From contig OZ241869.1 in NCBI GenBank assembly GCA_965202805.1, positions 3,776,001 to 3,840,000 of the forward strand: 64,000 nt of DNA, read 5' to 3'. The notes beneath the pieces were generated by a model. The model saw only the letters and a program-made list of their open reading frames with translations, did no database searches and had not been told where the DNA came from. The position numbers and the translations under genes are program-made. This stretch comes from Longimicrobiales bacterium (lineage in GTDB: Bacteria; Gemmatimonadota; Gemmatimonadetes; Longimicrobiales; Gaopeijiaceae). Positions 62,472 through 64,000 of this stretch are shown one piece after another; the first letter of the stretch is position 1, and each line of letters opens with the position of its first letter.

Positions 62472-63397
62472 GCACGCTTTCGCTCAAGCGCCCCTCCGGC
62501 CGCATCCCCGGGAGGGAAGACCCCTGGACGGTGCTGGACCTGGTGCTCTGGAGCGCGCACTACCTCGAGGGCAAGGGGGTGCCCGGCGCCCGGCTGGACG
62601 CCGAACACCTGCTGGGGGACACACTCGGGGTGCCGCGCCTCGGACTCTACCTGCAGCATGACCGGCCGCTTGAGGCATCCGAGCTGGCCGCCTTCAAGCC
62701 TCGTCTCCTGCGGCGTGCCCGCCGGGAACCGCTCCAGTACATCCTGGGCAGGGCGGCCTTCCGGGAAATGGACCTGGCGGTGGACCGGCGGGTCCTGGTT
62801 CCCCGTCCGGAAACGGAGCTGCTCGCGGGAGAGGTGCTGGCCTGGGCCGAGGGCCGCGCCGCCGCCGGGCTCCGGGCGCTCGACCTGGGGACCGGCTGCG
62901 GGGCGCTGGCCCTGGCGCTTGCCACCGAAGGCGACTTCGCCTCCGTCGTGGCCACCGACATCAGCCGGGACGCGCTCGAGGTGGCTTCCGTGAACGGTGA
63001 GCAATACCATGACGGGGCTCCGGTGGAGTTCAGGGCGGGATCGCTGTACGAACCCGTCGGGGGCGGCGAGCGGTTCGACGTGATCGTATCGAACCCTCCC
63101 TACATCTCCAGCAGCGAAATGGAGGGCCTGGAGCCGGAGGTGCGGGACTGGGAACCCCGGCGGGCGCTGGACGCGGGTGCCGACGGCATGCAGGTGCTGG
63201 CGCCGCTGATCGCCGGCGCGCCGCGGCATCTGACGCCCGGGGGATTGCTGGCGCTGGAGGTGGGGGCCGATCAGGCGCCGCCGGTAGCGCGCCGGATCGA
63301 CGACACGAGCGCCTTCGCCGGAGTGCGCATCGTCCCCGACCTGGCAGGCCGCGAACGCATGGTGCTGGCGAACCGGCACCGGAACGAGGATCGATGA
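62468..63397 (+). CDS. prmC: Release factor glutamine N5-methyltransferase
   Basis: [27 protein letters not shown]. Confidence 0.97.
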
Positions 63398-63408
63398 CGG
63401 GAGGCTGA

Positions 63409-63768
63409 ATGGCCGCAATCGAGGAGATGGCCCGCGAACTGGGTCTGGCCCTGGGCCGGACCCCGCAGTATCAGGACCTGCAACGCGCCGCACGGCGGGC
63501 GGATGAGGATCGCGAACTCGTGACCCTGCGAAACGAGCTCACGAAGCTGGAGGAGAGCGTGGCCCGGAGCGTACAGGCCGGCGAGGAGCCAGCGCCGGAA
63601 GTGGCCGAGGAGTACGAGAAGGCGTTCGGGCGCCTGCAGGCGAGCCCGGCGTACCAGGGGGTGGTTGCGGCCCGGGCCAACTTCGACCGGGTGCTGGGCC
63701 GTGTGAACGAAGGCATCTCGAGGGCCATCGAGGAAGGCGCGAAATCGCGCATCATCATCAGTTCCTGA
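63409..63768 (+). CDS. YlbF/YmcA (Com_YlbF)-family helical protein
   Basis: A.ELG..L..T..Y...A....D, all-helical 119 aa; family assignment from pattern. Confidence 0.65.
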   Translation: MAAIEEMARELGLALGRTPQYQDLQRAARRADEDRELVTLRNELTKLEESVARSVQAGEEPAPEVAEEYEKAFGRLQASPAYQGVVAARANFDRVLGRVNEGISRAIEEGAKSRIIISS

Positions 63769-63829
63769 CCGCCGGCCGGGTGCGGCCGGAAGGGAAGGCG
63801 ACGCTCACCCCAATCAGGGGACTCGATCA

Positions 63830-64000
63830 GTGAGAAAACCAGAACGGATTCCGCCGGCCAGCGGCCGGCTCGGCGTGCTGCTTCCCGGCTTCGGCGCGGT
63901 GGCCACCACCTTCGTCGCCGGGGTGGAGGCGATTCGCAGGGGGATGGCCCAGCCCACGGGAAGCCTCACCCAGATGAACACCATCCGCCTCGGCAAGCGC
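63830..64000 (+). CDS. ino1: Inositol-3-phosphate synthase, N-terminus (3'-truncated)
   Basis: GTG start, RLGVLLPGFGAVATTFVAGVEAIRRGMAQPTGSLTQM.TIRLGKR. Confidence 0.8.
   Translation, partial: MRKPERIPPASGRLGVLLPGFGAVATTFVAGVEAIRRGMAQPTGSLTQMNTIRLGKR

Overview
A GC-rich, almost entirely plus-strand block of core bacterial genome. Gene order and protein signatures suggest Gemmatimonadota; this is an inference, no search was run. Bases 1-20.3 kb carry the 3' end of rpoC and the str-S10-spc-alpha ribosomal-protein superoperon. The cluster is rearranged: tuf, rpsN and infA are missing from their usual slots, and fusA overlaps rpsJ directly. Bases 20.3-64 kb carry housekeeping and envelope genes: an NDP-sugar dehydrogenase, TPR lipoprotein and DegT aminotransferase, bamD-nadD-secA-radC-rel-uvrB-tsaE-tsaB, tol-pal, nrdR, tatC-lptD, a probable sigma54-driven FN3-like lipoprotein, a probably leaderless glutamate formiminotransferase, TPR proteins, a polyprenyl synthase, tatA, ppiD (the only minus-strand gene), aroQ-efp-accB-accC-ftsK-lolA-OMP-lnt, prfA-prmC, a YlbF-family gene and the start of ino1. 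I found no rRNA, tRNA, CRISPR array or mobile element, and no clear novel multi-gene system. The best leads are two folded intergenic RNAs ending in U-tracts upstream of fusA and rel, ribosomal-protein variants (S12 R88, all-Cys L36, long L23 tunnel loop), possible remnants of an MglA/SgmX/MglC-type polarity neighbourhood, and several uncharacterised envelope proteins.
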